IMG/VR virus record: IMGVR_UViG_3300003478_000003
Coordinates: 1 to 64,000 of that record
Reading direction: 5' to 3' (one strand)
DNA length: 64,000 nucleotides
Source: an uncultured virus (IMG/VR IMGVR_UViG_3300003478_000003)
Lineage: Duplodnaviria; Heunggongvirae; Uroviricota; Caudoviricetes
Position 1 is the first letter of the stretch; every line of letters begins with the position of its first letter. This document shows positions 36,465 through 45,955 of this stretch, piece by piece. Made by a program: the position numbers and the translations under genes. Under the pieces are notes generated by a model. The model saw only the letters and a program-made list of their open reading frames with translations, was not told the origin of the DNA and made no database searches.

Positions 36465-36728
36465 TTATAAAGTTTTACCAACTGTTTCCAAAATACCTTC
36501 TAAATCACCTATGTCCGCTAATTGTTCCTGCCAATCTGATTTATATGCTGTACGTATTGCTTTATTAAGAATTGTTGGTTTACAATCCATTTCCTCAGCA
36601 ATTGCTTTAACTGTATCACGCAATCCTTCTTTAAGGTCATCTACTTCTTGTAATACTCTAGTGCCTTCACTTACCAACTGTGTTAGCCTTGCTTTTTCTT
36701 CTGGGGTATATGATCCGCCATGCGCCAT
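36465..36728 (-). CDS. DsbA/GapR-like dsDNA-binding protein
   Basis: Helical EVDDLKEGLRDTVKAIAEE...ILNKAIR pattern. Confidence 0.65.
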   Translation of the reverse strand: MAHGGSYTPEEKARLTQLVSEGTRVLQEVDDLKEGLRDTVKAIAEEMDCKPTILNKAIRTAYKSDWQEQLADIGDLEGILETVGKTL

Positions 36729-36943
36729 TACATTTCTACCTGTGCTATTTGATCAGATGTTGTTTTTACAGACGTTGGGTCTGATTTTTTCTTTGCTTTT
36801 GCTTTCTTTTTTGCTGTAACTTTTTTAACAGATTTGGTTTCTGCTATTGTTACTGGTGGTGGCGATATTAGCAATCCAGCAATCGCCGCTTCTATCTTGT
36901 CAAGCCTTTCCTTCGCTTCTATCACTTCTCTTTTTAAATTCAT
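36728..36943 (-). CDS. hypothetical Lys-rich protein
   Basis: 71 aa, coupled to neighbours. Confidence 0.55.
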   Translation of the reverse strand: MNLKREVIEAKERLDKIEAAIAGLLISPPPVTIAETKSVKKVTAKKKAKAKKKSDPTSVKTTSDQIAQVEM

Positions 36944-37746
36944 TGATTATCTCCTTCTTTAATAATTGGTTTGTCTATTCCTTTATAGGAAATAGAGTCT
37001 TCCCCCCTGCCATCATTTAATTTCTGACTCACGCCATCGGGGCCAAAAAATCTAGCATCCATTCCCATTCCTCGCCAAGCCCACATTTCGTTCCATACCA
37101 CTTTAGCTCTTTCTAATGCAGGATCGTTATCATTTTTATTCCAATCGTCAACTGCTATTTTAAATTCTGCAATTTCTTCGTTTAATTTTTTTTGATGATC
37201 GGCTCTTTCTATGTCTAATATTCGTTGGCATTCAGCTCTCTCTTTGTCTAATACTTGTTGACGAGTTGGATCTAATAGGCATGGGGTGAATTCTTTTTCA
37301 TTGTCATTCCAAAAACATATCAGAACTGAGTCCGGCTCGGAAAATCCGGGCCTTGGGGATTTTTCTTCATTTGAAGATACTTTAAAAATCCAATGTCCAA
37401 CGGATCCTGCCCTGTCCATGTTAACCACATCACTATAATTACCATCAATTACTTGTTGAATATCCTCACAGCATCCACTAACAATAGTTTCATATTTAAA
37501 ATTATCTCCAGCAATAATACTAGTATTATCTATTTCTATTGCTTTTATATAAATTTCTCTGCCAGCAAGAAAATTAGTACATGATATTGATACTACATCA
37601 TTATTTGAATTTTTAAAATCTATTCCTTTATACTCTAAAAACTCTACCTCATCAACTAAAATGCCTTGATCAATCGTTTCATGATTAATTTTTATACGAT
37701 ATGCTGTGTTTTCTTTTGAGCCTTGTTGTAATTTAATTCGTAACAT
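36940..37746 (-). CDS. hypothetical protein
   Basis: 268 aa; IYIKAIEID strand shared with the 42-44 kb family. Confidence 0.6.
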   Translation of the reverse strand: MLRIKLQQGSKENTAYRIKINHETIDQGILVDEVEFLEYKGIDFKNSNNDVVSISCTNFLAGREIYIKAIEIDNTSIIAGDNFKYETIVSGCCEDIQQVIDGNYSDVVNMDRAGSVGHWIFKVSSNEEKSPRPGFSEPDSVLICFWNDNEKEFTPCLLDPTRQQVLDKERAECQRILDIERADHQKKLNEEIAEFKIAVDDWNKNDNDPALERAKVVWNEMWAWRGMGMDARFFGPDGVSQKLNDGRGEDSISYKGIDKPIIKEGDNQ

Positions 37747-38052
37747 TTATATTCTCAATTTCGCTTCATAATAGATACCGTCTTTTGTTTTAAATGGTAT
37801 TTCTTCGTCTTCCATTATAATTTTATGTAATTTTATTTCTGCTAATGCTGTTTTTATATTTTCTACTATAATTTTGTGTAAACCTTTTTTAAAATTTATA
37901 GTAACTATTTCTTCTAAATATTCATTATTCTTCTTTCGAGGAGTTACTCCCCTTTCAGAGATTAGAAAATTATCTATCCATATACGTATAACTGGTGGTT
38001 TAAAATCCCAATCGCTATCAAGATAAAAATGTATTGTTTTCTTTTCAGGCAT
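37747..38052 (-). CDS. hypothetical beta-sandwich protein
   Basis: PP.IRIWID...G.HKIIVEN. Confidence 0.6.
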   Translation of the reverse strand: MPEKKTIHFYLDSDWDFKPPVIRIWIDNFLISERGVTPRKKNNEYLEEIVTINFKKGLHKIIVENIKTALAEIKLHKIIMEDEEIPFKTKDGIYYEAKLRI

Positions 38053-38059
38053 ACATCAT

Positions 38060-38088
38060 ATTATATAGTGATTTTAGTATTGTGTCAA
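38060..38088 (-). promoter_or_regulatory. sigma70 promoter, leaderless
   Basis: TTGACA-N17-TATAAT; ATG 7 nt downstream. Confidence 0.75.
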
Positions 38089-38099
38089 GCAGAATCCGA

Positions 38100-39080
38100 T
38101 TAATCGCTATAACCAAGTTCAGCCAAGCGATCCATTTGTTTTGTATTACCAGTTTCCTTTGCAAACTGATATAATTCTTTAGCATATTCTGGATTACGTG
38201 CTAGTTTACTGGCGGGAATTCCAGAATAAGGATCTGCTAAGAAACTATTTTTTATTAATGGTTTATCAGTCGCTCTATATAATTTCATTGCTTGGCGCCC
38301 AGTATCAATTTTTGTTCGATCCATATCTTTCAGATGTGCATCAAGTTTTGCTTGTAACTTTTTATTGGTTGGATCTTGTTTTACATAATCTTGCAATACT
38401 CGCTTCTTGGCCATATTAGTACCATAATTGCCATATTTTTCTTCCCATTTCTTCTGACTTTTATCGTCTTCTGCCTTTTTTGCATCAAGGTCGGATTGCC
38501 ATACTTCTTTTCTTACTTTCTTACCGTCTTTATCCCTCTCAACGCTTACCTCGAGCCTTTTATCTCTTGGATCACCTTTTTTAACATAGGCATCAGCTCT
38601 TATTTGATCCACTACTTGTACTTTAGCTCCACGGCGCAAATCTGTATCTTTTAATTCTCGATCAAGATCATACTCAGCATGTTTTTGACCTAAAATATTA
38701 CGATCATAATATTTTGATTTACCTGTCTCTGCCTCTTTATCACGACGTTGATCTGCTAAACCTTTAAGATCTGGGCCAGTGCGTACTTCCTTATGACCTG
38801 GTTGTCCTTTTGTACCATATGAGGTATAACTACTTGGCTCACTTACAATTTGTCCTGTTCTAGGATCTTTAAAATAACCAGATAATCTATCTTTGTTGGG
38901 GTTTTTAGGACGACTTGCAGCTATTTTCTTTTGTTTTTCTGTTCGTTGTATTAGATCTGATTTAGACACAGATACTTTTGGTGCCGTTGGATCAACAGTA
39001 GTACCAGATTTAACTCTTGGATCTGCAATTGTCACTCTATCTGTTTCAGTTTTTTCAGTTAAAATATCTTTTATGTTCAT
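38100..39080 (-). CDS. highly charged hypothetical protein, possible internal virion protein
   Basis: N-terminus MNIKDILTE resembles a head-protease-cleaved leader; late-like ATAAGTA upstream. Confidence 0.6.
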   Translation of the reverse strand: MNIKDILTEKTETDRVTIADPRVKSGTTVDPTAPKVSVSKSDLIQRTEKQKKIAASRPKNPNKDRLSGYFKDPRTGQIVSEPSSYTSYGTKGQPGHKEVRTGPDLKGLADQRRDKEAETGKSKYYDRNILGQKHAEYDLDRELKDTDLRRGAKVQVVDQIRADAYVKKGDPRDKRLEVSVERDKDGKKVRKEVWQSDLDAKKAEDDKSQKKWEEKYGNYGTNMAKKRVLQDYVKQDPTNKKLQAKLDAHLKDMDRTKIDTGRQAMKLYRATDKPLIKNSFLADPYSGIPASKLARNPEYAKELYQFAKETGNTKQMDRLAELGYSD

Positions 39081-39098
39081 TATTATATACTTATCTGA

Positions 39099-40928
39099 CT
39101 ACATATTGGCGTGCATTGCCGCCATGTGCTTCTTATATTTCTTCGTGCCTTTTTTATGCGGACTCTTACCTTCTAAAGCATTAGCAATACTGCTACTATG
39201 CTCTGGCTTTTCTTCCTCATTCAAACTATCGTCTAAATCCCAAGGACCCCAATGCCCTTGTTTTAACATATTAGCAAGACCTTTATGATGTTCATATCTA
39301 GCAAAAGCACCTTTTGTTTCTTCAACACCGCCTAGTTTATAATATTGTTCCTTACGCATTACAATATTATTACCATTGGCTTGATCAAACACTACATCAC
39401 CCATCTCAGTCCATGCGTGTGGGAATCTGCGTCCTTCTAATTTGCCTTGGCCACGCACTAATGCATGAACTAATGTTGTATTGTCTATCAACATTTCTTC
39501 TGTATCCATCAAAGCACGGCCTGCTTTACTAAAGCAATCACCACAAGCATCTTCTGTAATTGTAGCAAGTCCTTCACTAAACCCTGATTGTTGGTCCATC
39601 CAATCCAATGCTTCTCTATTTGTAACTGGTGTTGCTAACCAACGTTGCATACTATTATATGCTTTTTTCACACGATCTTCATTCTCTGAATTTTCTGAAT
39701 TATCTATTACATAAAAATCATTACGGCCAAATAACATTTGGAAATTTCCAACATTTTCTTGGGCCATTTTCCATCCCTTGTTTAATAATTTTTCTGGAAC
39801 AGAGCGTTCTGGGCGTTGCATGTTTCGTCCTTGCGCCGTTTCAAGATTGGTATTAACAAATATCATTCGTGTTTCATATCCAATATCTTCTAAATCTTTC
39901 TTTGCTTTTGCGATTTTCTCATAATCTTTAGCAGTACCATCAATAATAAGTCCTAGTCTACCATCAAGATAATTACCTCTACGAGTATTTGTTAATTCTT
40001 TAGCACGACCACGTTGAACATCCCTATCTGCTTGTTCTTCATCAGGCATTTTAGGATCTAAATCGTGTTTAACCATTAAGTATTCTAATGCTTGATCTGT
40101 ATTAACTACTTTAAGTCCACTGCCACCAAGCATTGCTCGTGACATATAACTCTTGCCTGAACCAGGGCCACCAGCCATAAACACCGCTTTAAAAATATGC
40201 GGATCATTTACACCTTCAGTAAGTTCTTTTTTAGGTTCTTTATGGTCTATATACGCCTGTATAATTTTATCATCTATATCGTGTAAACGTTCCCAATCTG
40301 GATCGTCTACATACTCAATACCTGCTTCGCGATCTGCTTTCATATCGCCTTCGCGTAACTTCGGGGTAACTTGTGCTAACCACTCATCTCGTGATATACC
40401 AAGATCACCAGGCTTACCTAAATCATCTACTCTAATAGCATCTATAATTCTGTCTGCTCTGATATCTGAACCACTTCGTAATGCTCTGCCTTTATTAGCA
40501 ACAAATGGATCTTCTGCCGGGTCATCATCCCAAATCTCATCTTCCATATCAATACGTATAATGGAAATGTCTTTATCTGTATCACGAAACTCCCAAGCCA
40601 TTTTGCCTGCCCAGTTTAATGCATCTTCTGGATCATCAAATGCAAATATACCTGCTTCTTCGTTATATCTACTACCACCTGGGCCTTTAATCCATAAACT
40701 AGGCTGGAATTGTAGCAATCCTTTTTGCTTAATGCTAGGAACGTTCTTAGTAAATGTAGCATGATACAAATACTTTGGCATTGTTTCGTCGCCCGCCTCA
40801 TAGATGTCTTTGATAAAGTTTTTATATACCATATTATCAGCAGAATAACCTGTCTCATATTTGGATTTGCGTTTATAACTGCGCCGATTTTTTAATACAT
40901 TACGACTGACAAGATCATGTAGTTTCAT
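39099..40928 (-). CDS. multidomain protein: ART/Tpt1-like + P-loop kinase (zeta/AAA_33-like) + papain/transglutaminase-like domain
   Basis: YLYHAT..N...I...GL; GGPGSGKS, IIDGT, RN..R..R; GDCF...HAW....VFD. Confidence 0.7.
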   Translation of the reverse strand: MKLHDLVSRNVLKNRRSYKRKSKYETGYSADNMVYKNFIKDIYEAGDETMPKYLYHATFTKNVPSIKQKGLLQFQPSLWIKGPGGSRYNEEAGIFAFDDPEDALNWAGKMAWEFRDTDKDISIIRIDMEDEIWDDDPAEDPFVANKGRALRSGSDIRADRIIDAIRVDDLGKPGDLGISRDEWLAQVTPKLREGDMKADREAGIEYVDDPDWERLHDIDDKIIQAYIDHKEPKKELTEGVNDPHIFKAVFMAGGPGSGKSYMSRAMLGGSGLKVVNTDQALEYLMVKHDLDPKMPDEEQADRDVQRGRAKELTNTRRGNYLDGRLGLIIDGTAKDYEKIAKAKKDLEDIGYETRMIFVNTNLETAQGRNMQRPERSVPEKLLNKGWKMAQENVGNFQMLFGRNDFYVIDNSENSENEDRVKKAYNSMQRWLATPVTNREALDWMDQQSGFSEGLATITEDACGDCFSKAGRALMDTEEMLIDNTTLVHALVRGQGKLEGRRFPHAWTEMGDVVFDQANGNNIVMRKEQYYKLGGVEETKGAFARYEHHKGLANMLKQGHWGPWDLDDSLNEEEKPEHSSSIANALEGKSPHKKGTKKYKKHMAAMHANM

Positions 40929-40933
40929 ATATG

Positions 40934-40981
40934 TATTTATTTCGATTATTACTTGACTGGTAAATAGAAACACTATATAAT
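40934..40981. promoter_or_regulatory. divergent promoters: ATAAATA late (minus) and sigma70 (plus, leaderless guaC)
   Basis: ATAAATA at 40934-40940 on minus; TTGACT(40953)-N17-TATAAT(40976), with the guaC ATG 6 nt later. Confidence 0.7.
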
Positions 40982-40987
40982 ATACGT

Positions 40988-42052
40988 ATGAGAATAGAAA
41001 CAGACATTAAACTAGACTACAAAGACGTCTTACTAAAACCTAAACGTTCTACGCTATCCAGTAGGCGTAGCGTTACGATAGAACGTGACTTTACATTTAG
41101 ACACTGGAATGACACTAGAGAATCATGGTCAGGTGTTCCTATTATGGCGTCCAACATGGATGGTGTAGGTACCTTTTCAATGGCAAACGTATTGCAAAAC
41201 TACAATATGTTAACGATTATTAAAAAGCATTACACAATAGAAGATTGGGAAAATGCAGTAGGGCATGGTATGAGTTTAAGTAATATAGCAGTTAGCACAG
41301 GAACCAATGCTATATTTGATCCAGATGCAGAAGATTACAAAAAAGCACAAGAAATACTTACACGTTGGCCTGATATTAAATTTATTTGTATTGATGTTGC
41401 CAATGGCTATCAGCAAAACTTTTCAGATTTTGTGAGAGAAGTGAGAGAAAGGTTTCCTAAAAAGATTATCATAGCAGGTAATGTTATTACAGGTGAAATG
41501 ACTGAGCAATTATGTATTGCTGGTGCCGATATTGTAAAATGCGGTATCGGGCCTGGCTCAGTATGCACAACACGAATAATGACCGGTGTTGGTATGCCAC
41601 AATTAAGTGGTATTATGGAATGTGCTGATGCCGCACATGGATTAGGCGGGCATATTATAGCAGATGGTGGTTGCACAGAGCCTGGTGATGTTGCTAAAGC
41701 ATTTGGTGCCGGCGCTGACTTTGTTATGTTAGGTGGAATGCTTGCTGGACATGATGAGAGTGAACTATCTGAAGTTGCAGGGCAATATGAGTTTTACGGT
41801 ATGAGTTCCAATCGCGCAATGCAGGAACACGGCACACGTAAAGATGGATATAGAAGTTCTGAAGGGCGTCATATTAGATTAGATGCTCGTGGCCCAGTAG
41901 AACACACTGTAGTAGAAATACTTGGTGGTGTGCGTAGTGCTTGCACATATATTGGTGCTCGTCGTATTAAAGATATACCCAAATCTGCAACATTTGTCTT
42001 AGTTAATACTACATATAATACTGTTTACTTACAAAACACAGTAGGAGATTAA
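40988..42052 (+). CDS. guaC: GMP reductase
   Basis: [60 protein letters not shown]. Confidence 0.92.
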   Translation: MRIETDIKLDYKDVLLKPKRSTLSSRRSVTIERDFTFRHWNDTRESWSGVPIMASNMDGVGTFSMANVLQNYNMLTIIKKHYTIEDWENAVGHGMSLSNIAVSTGTNAIFDPDAEDYKKAQEILTRWPDIKFICIDVANGYQQNFSDFVREVRERFPKKIIIAGNVITGEMTEQLCIAGADIVKCGIGPGSVCTTRIMTGVGMPQLSGIMECADAAHGLGGHIIADGGCTEPGDVAKAFGAGADFVMLGGMLAGHDESELSEVAGQYEFYGMSSNRAMQEHGTRKDGYRSSEGRHIRLDARGPVEHTVVEILGGVRSACTYIGARRIKDIPKSATFVLVNTTYNTVYLQNTVGD

Positions 42053-42053
42053 C

Positions 42054-42434
42054 ATGGCTTGGCAATACCAAATAAGGTTTACTTTAGATATTCCTGGAGA
42101 AATGCCTTCAGAAGTAACCTCATTATTAAATACTTACAACGCCGTTCCTATGTGTCAGTATGATTTGTTTGCTGGATATTGTAGAGAAGCTGAACAAGAA
42201 GGTGTTGAAGATTATCCATTATATAATTGGACTATAGATACTATTACTAATCCAAAGAAAAAAGAAAAATATCAAAAAGTTTATAGCATTTATGTAAATG
42301 GTGATGAGATATATGATAAAACTATTGCTGATGAAATAGAACAAGAATTATTGGCACTAGGGCATGTAGGAATAAACACTATCACTAAACACGATTCTAA
42401 TCCTGCTAACAACCCACAGCCACCTTCACGCTAA
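42054..42434 (+). CDS. conserved host-like hypothetical protein
   Basis: CQYD.FAGY..EAE..G...YPLY.WT...HDSNPANNPQPP; AGGAG RBS. Confidence 0.65.
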   Translation: MAWQYQIRFTLDIPGEMPSEVTSLLNTYNAVPMCQYDLFAGYCREAEQEGVEDYPLYNWTIDTITNPKKKEKYQKVYSIYVNGDEIYDKTIADEIEQELLALGHVGINTITKHDSNPANNPQPPSR

Positions 42435-43253
42435 ATCATCTCCAAATATATTATCTGACACCCACGCATAAAACGGCGTTTTAAAGTTTATTACCCATTT
42501 GCCGTTTAAACTAATAGTAGCATCATTAGGTATGTGATGTATTAACTTATTCTCTTCTACATATAAATTAGGATTCTTAGCGTTATCTGCTATAAAATGA
42601 ATATCATTGGTACAATCATAATACAAATTTTTCCCTTTTAATATATAACCGCTATTAGCTATATAATAGCCAGTGTATTGTGTAAACTCTCCTGTTACAT
42701 TATTAAACACACGTGGGTTGTTTCCTTGTACGTTGCTGTGCCTAAAGTGTAATAATCTAAAATCTTCAATAATAAACACTTCGCCTCGCTTGTGCCGGCC
42801 GCGTCTATTGTCATTATTAATTTGACTATACGTGTAATATGGATTATTAGTGCAATCTAAATATACGTGACCACGTCTGTGTATTAAGTCGCACAAATCT
42901 ATACCACATATATCTAAATATTTTATATTGACGCCAAAATCGCCCTTTACATAATCGTCAGGATATACAGCATTGGAATGTTCTATTATTAATGTATAGT
43001 CATTCTCTATGTTGTCGTCAATATCTACTTTGAATTTATAATGTTGTTCACCTTTCCATCCACCAGAATCAATCGACGTATTATATTGATCGCCTATATG
43101 CGGTACTTGTTCAATAGGATGTTGAGGAGTACTCCAATCTGCTAACGATTCACCACGTATTAATCCATCGTTACATAGTATCTTGTATTTTAAATCAGGA
43201 AACTTACTTCCAGTCCAATCAAAGGTAGTACTGAAGTGAACTGTAAAGGCCAT
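42426..43253 (-). CDS. hypothetical protein, paralogue family A
   Basis: FGVNIKYLDICGID; C-terminal FKTPFYAW. Confidence 0.65.
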   Translation of the reverse strand: MAFTVHFSTTFDWTGSKFPDLKYKILCNDGLIRGESLADWSTPQHPIEQVPHIGDQYNTSIDSGGWKGEQHYKFKVDIDDNIENDYTLIIEHSNAVYPDDYVKGDFGVNIKYLDICGIDLCDLIHRRGHVYLDCTNNPYYTYSQINNDNRRGRHKRGEVFIIEDFRLLHFRHSNVQGNNPRVFNNVTGEFTQYTGYYIANSGYILKGKNLYYDCTNDIHFIADNAKNPNLYVEENKLIHHIPNDATISLNGKWVINFKTPFYAWVSDNIFGDDLA

Positions 43254-43254
43254 T

Positions 43255-43947
43255 TTACTGCAATAATAGTTCTAATAACCAAAGATAAAGAGGTGTTTTA
43301 AAAGTGAAATTCATAGTAGATCCTGGCATATGAACATAATCACCAGTGGATGTATACCAATATCTGCCATCTATTATTTGTAATTTATCTGTTAATCCTT
43401 CCGGAACAAGATGATGTTGAATAAATCCATCATCTGCATAGTTCTCTTCCAAACATAATGGTACAGAAATTACACTAGTGTCATATATAAGACTTGATAC
43501 AGATATTTCGTTAATTTCTATATCTCTCACAAACACACCAAAATCTTCGTTAAATCCTGTTTCTTTATCAAGTTCTTTGATACTATCAATATGAGTAAAA
43601 TTCCAATTTGGCGATAACTTTAAATTATGTTCCATATCAACATCATCATCTAAGTCTACAGTAAATTCTGTTGTTACATATTTTTCATATTCATTTTTAG
43701 CATTCACCATGCCGGGATCGTCATCCGACAGGCCGGTCCAAGCAGGAAGTTGTGTATCTTCACTATCTTTCTTCACTATAAATTTTTCATCTATGATATT
43801 ATTATCAAATTCAATTTTTAGCGTAGGACTAATGATTTCATCAACGCGAACTAAATGTTCTGGTTCAAAATATAATTTAATTTTAAAAGGTTCATTCATG
43901 CTAGTATTTATTTTAGTTAAAAAAATACGGTCAAATAATGACCGCAT
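43255..43947 (-). CDS. hypothetical protein, paralogue family A
   Basis: FGVFVRDIEINEI; C-terminal FKTPLYLWL; true start probably later than annotated. Confidence 0.65.
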   Translation of the reverse strand: MRSLFDRIFLTKINTSMNEPFKIKLYFEPEHLVRVDEIISPTLKIEFDNNIIDEKFIVKKDSEDTQLPAWTGLSDDDPGMVNAKNEYEKYVTTEFTVDLDDDVDMEHNLKLSPNWNFTHIDSIKELDKETGFNEDFGVFVRDIEINEISVSSLIYDTSVISVPLCLEENYADDGFIQHHLVPEGLTDKLQIIDGRYWYTSTGDYVHMPGSTMNFTFKTPLYLWLLELLLQ

Positions 43948-43998
43948 TTTTATATTTCTGAATAATTTTATAAATTATTCGATGTGCGTATTTGCCGT

Positions 43999-44574
43999 TT
44001 AGTTATTATTGATGCTACGCATCCAAGGTTCTAATGGACTATCAAACTGAAAAGTCCAGGATCCTTTGCCGCATATAAGGCCTGCATTATCAGGCCATTC
44101 ACATTTGCTATATGTATATGATCCATATCCAAAATCTACAGTTTCAATACTACCTGCTACAAGAATATCGGTATCTAATAATATTTGCATAGCGTCATCT
44201 ATATGAGTGTATATTTTTAGGTATGGTGCTAGTAACATATCTGCTAGACCATAATCCACACCTTCGATGTTAATTGATTCTAATTTAACGGATGGGGTTT
44301 CGTTTTCAGCTGCCAATAGATCAAATTGTACATTATGTGTACCAGGATTGCTTTCCATAGTATCAGTACATTGAACATGGAATGAGTGGCTAGGTCTATC
44401 CAAAGTAGGATCCTCATGACCACTGCCTATGTAAAAATTTTGATCAACGCCTGGTTCGTGTTGCGGCACAACACCATTTACTTTTTGAACGATACGTGAT
44501 CTAAACGCATCCTCAGTAGTAAACGTAAATTTTAACCATTCTACCATTTTGTATTTTCTCCCACGGGTTTTCAT
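43999..44574 (-). CDS. hypothetical protein, paralogue family A
   Basis: VKLESINIEGVD; C-terminal FDSPLEPWM; TATAAATA at 44602-44609 upstream. Confidence 0.65.
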   Translation of the reverse strand: MKTRGRKYKMVEWLKFTFTTEDAFRSRIVQKVNGVVPQHEPGVDQNFYIGSGHEDPTLDRPSHSFHVQCTDTMESNPGTHNVQFDLLAAENETPSVKLESINIEGVDYGLADMLLAPYLKIYTHIDDAMQILLDTDILVAGSIETVDFGYGSYTYSKCEWPDNAGLICGKGSWTFQFDSPLEPWMRSINNN

Positions 44575-44621
44575 GAAAACCAGTTAGTAACTGGTTGCTC
44601 ATATTTATACAAAATGTTAAA

Positions 44622-45422
44622 TTATATACGCAACTTCACTCGATTAATCATTGTTTCCCTACCACCAGTGTATTTGCTTACTTCGTGGCTTTTAACAAAT
44701 CCAGCAATTTCAAATTTATCACCGGGTTCACTATTCATAGCAAAGTCATGGGTGAAGAATTTTACAACATTATTATCTTCATCAACACAGGTAACAATGG
44801 TACAATTATGATTAGGAATGTAACGAGTACTTACTACTTGAAGGTCAAAATTACATCTTTTGCCTTCCGTGCCAGTATAATCACTAACATCAGCAAGATC
44901 GCGTTCTACCTCTGCCGCTTTATCCCATTTTTTAGAATTGTAAAAGGCTTTGGGCAACGATGCTACCAATCCAAATTCATTAATTGGTATTCGTTCCTCG
45001 TTTATAACTTTAAGTATTGTTTGGTTAAAGTCACTCATTTTGCCGCTTAACTGCTTAAACAACAACCCTTGAAAGTAAGAGGTTATGTCTTCTGCCAATT
45101 CTTTATCCTTGGCAGTAATTTCCACCTCTCTCCCTTCCTGCAGATCATCATATGCGAGAACCATATGATCTCTGTTTGCCATTATTTGGACGCGATCCAC
45201 GTTGCTCGATATACCTTTCTGATGCTCAACATGCTTTTCATACTTTGCATCTAACGCGGCATAGTATGCTTCTTGGCTCTTAATGTGGGTTCGTTTATTC
45301 AAACGATATGCGGTGCAGGCTAATTGAATAGCCAATGGCGTTTCAATCATTGCTTCACTTTTGCGATACATACGGTAAATTTTACCGGCAAATAATGTAT
45401 CACGTTTTTTAAGCTTTCCCAT
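44622..45422 (-). CDS. early protein with C-terminal OB-fold-like domain
   Basis: GTEGKR...D...N...F.......G.VK.H.....ET.INRVK; TAATG coupling. Confidence 0.6.
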   Translation of the reverse strand: MGKLKKRDTLFAGKIYRMYRKSEAMIETPLAIQLACTAYRLNKRTHIKSQEAYYAALDAKYEKHVEHQKGISSNVDRVQIMANRDHMVLAYDDLQEGREVEITAKDKELAEDITSYFQGLLFKQLSGKMSDFNQTILKVINEERIPINEFGLVASLPKAFYNSKKWDKAAEVERDLADVSDYTGTEGKRCNFDLQVVSTRYIPNHNCTIVTCVDEDNNVVKFFTHDFAMNSEPGDKFEIAGFVKSHEVSKYTGGRETMINRVKLRI

Positions 45423-45682
45423 TACGCCACTCCTACTAAGGCACGATCCCAAAAAGTTTCGCCCCAAATGTTTTCCATATCTGCGTCTACCGGAGCATAC
45501 GCTGTTATGGCATATACCGCGGCCCGTCTCGCCGATGCATCAGCACCAGACTGTAAGGTGGATCGTAAATCTTCTATACGGTCCTCGTTAGATATGCCTC
45601 TGAAGGTTTCCATAACTCTACTGAAAACCTCGCCGGTAACTTCGTTTTCAAAGTCAACCAACACATCAAATCGCTGTGCCAT
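45422..45682 (-). CDS. early hypothetical protein
   Basis: 86 aa starting MAQRFDV, coupled to neighbours. Confidence 0.6.
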   Translation of the reverse strand: MAQRFDVLVDFENEVTGEVFSRVMETFRGISNEDRIEDLRSTLQSGADASARRAAVYAITAYAPVDADMENIWGETFWDRALVGVA

Positions 45683-45858
45683 TATTTCATCCCCTTGAGC
45701 GCGGCCGCCAGTTGATCCAATTGTTTTGCCGCCAACGCTTTCTGTACTGCTGAATTGGCAACGGCACGACACAAGGCTTCACGTTCCTTGTTGCGTTCAT
45801 TTTTTTCAAAGTTTCTCTCACGTTCTATATCGCGGAGCATATCTGCTGGTATTGACAT
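45682..45858 (-). CDS. early hypothetical helical protein
   Basis: AAGGA RBS; first gene after the promoter and structured leader. Confidence 0.6.
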   Translation of the reverse strand: MSIPADMLRDIERERNFEKNERNKEREALCRAVANSAVQKALAAKQLDQLAAALKGMK

Positions 45859-45879
45859 TTGTTTTCCTTGGGAGAAAGT

Positions 45880-45938
45880 GAGGGGCACCGCAACCTGGTT
45901 GGCACTGTTGAAAGAGTGTGGGTAATCCCATACCCCTC
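45880..45938 (-). ncRNA. candidate structured RNA (four-way junction) in an early 5' leader
   Basis: Closing stem GAGGGGUA/UGCCCCUC enclosing three hairpins: UGGG-AUUA-CCCA, CACU-8nt-AGUG, CAAC-CAG-GUUG. Confidence 0.4.
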
Positions 45939-45955
45939 TTTTAATCTATACCACT

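Noticed and set aside
45880..45938. tRNA gene
   Set aside because: Only about 59 nt, with no GG D-loop, no TTC T-loop, no 7-nt anticodon loop and no CCA; kept only as a structured-RNA candidate.
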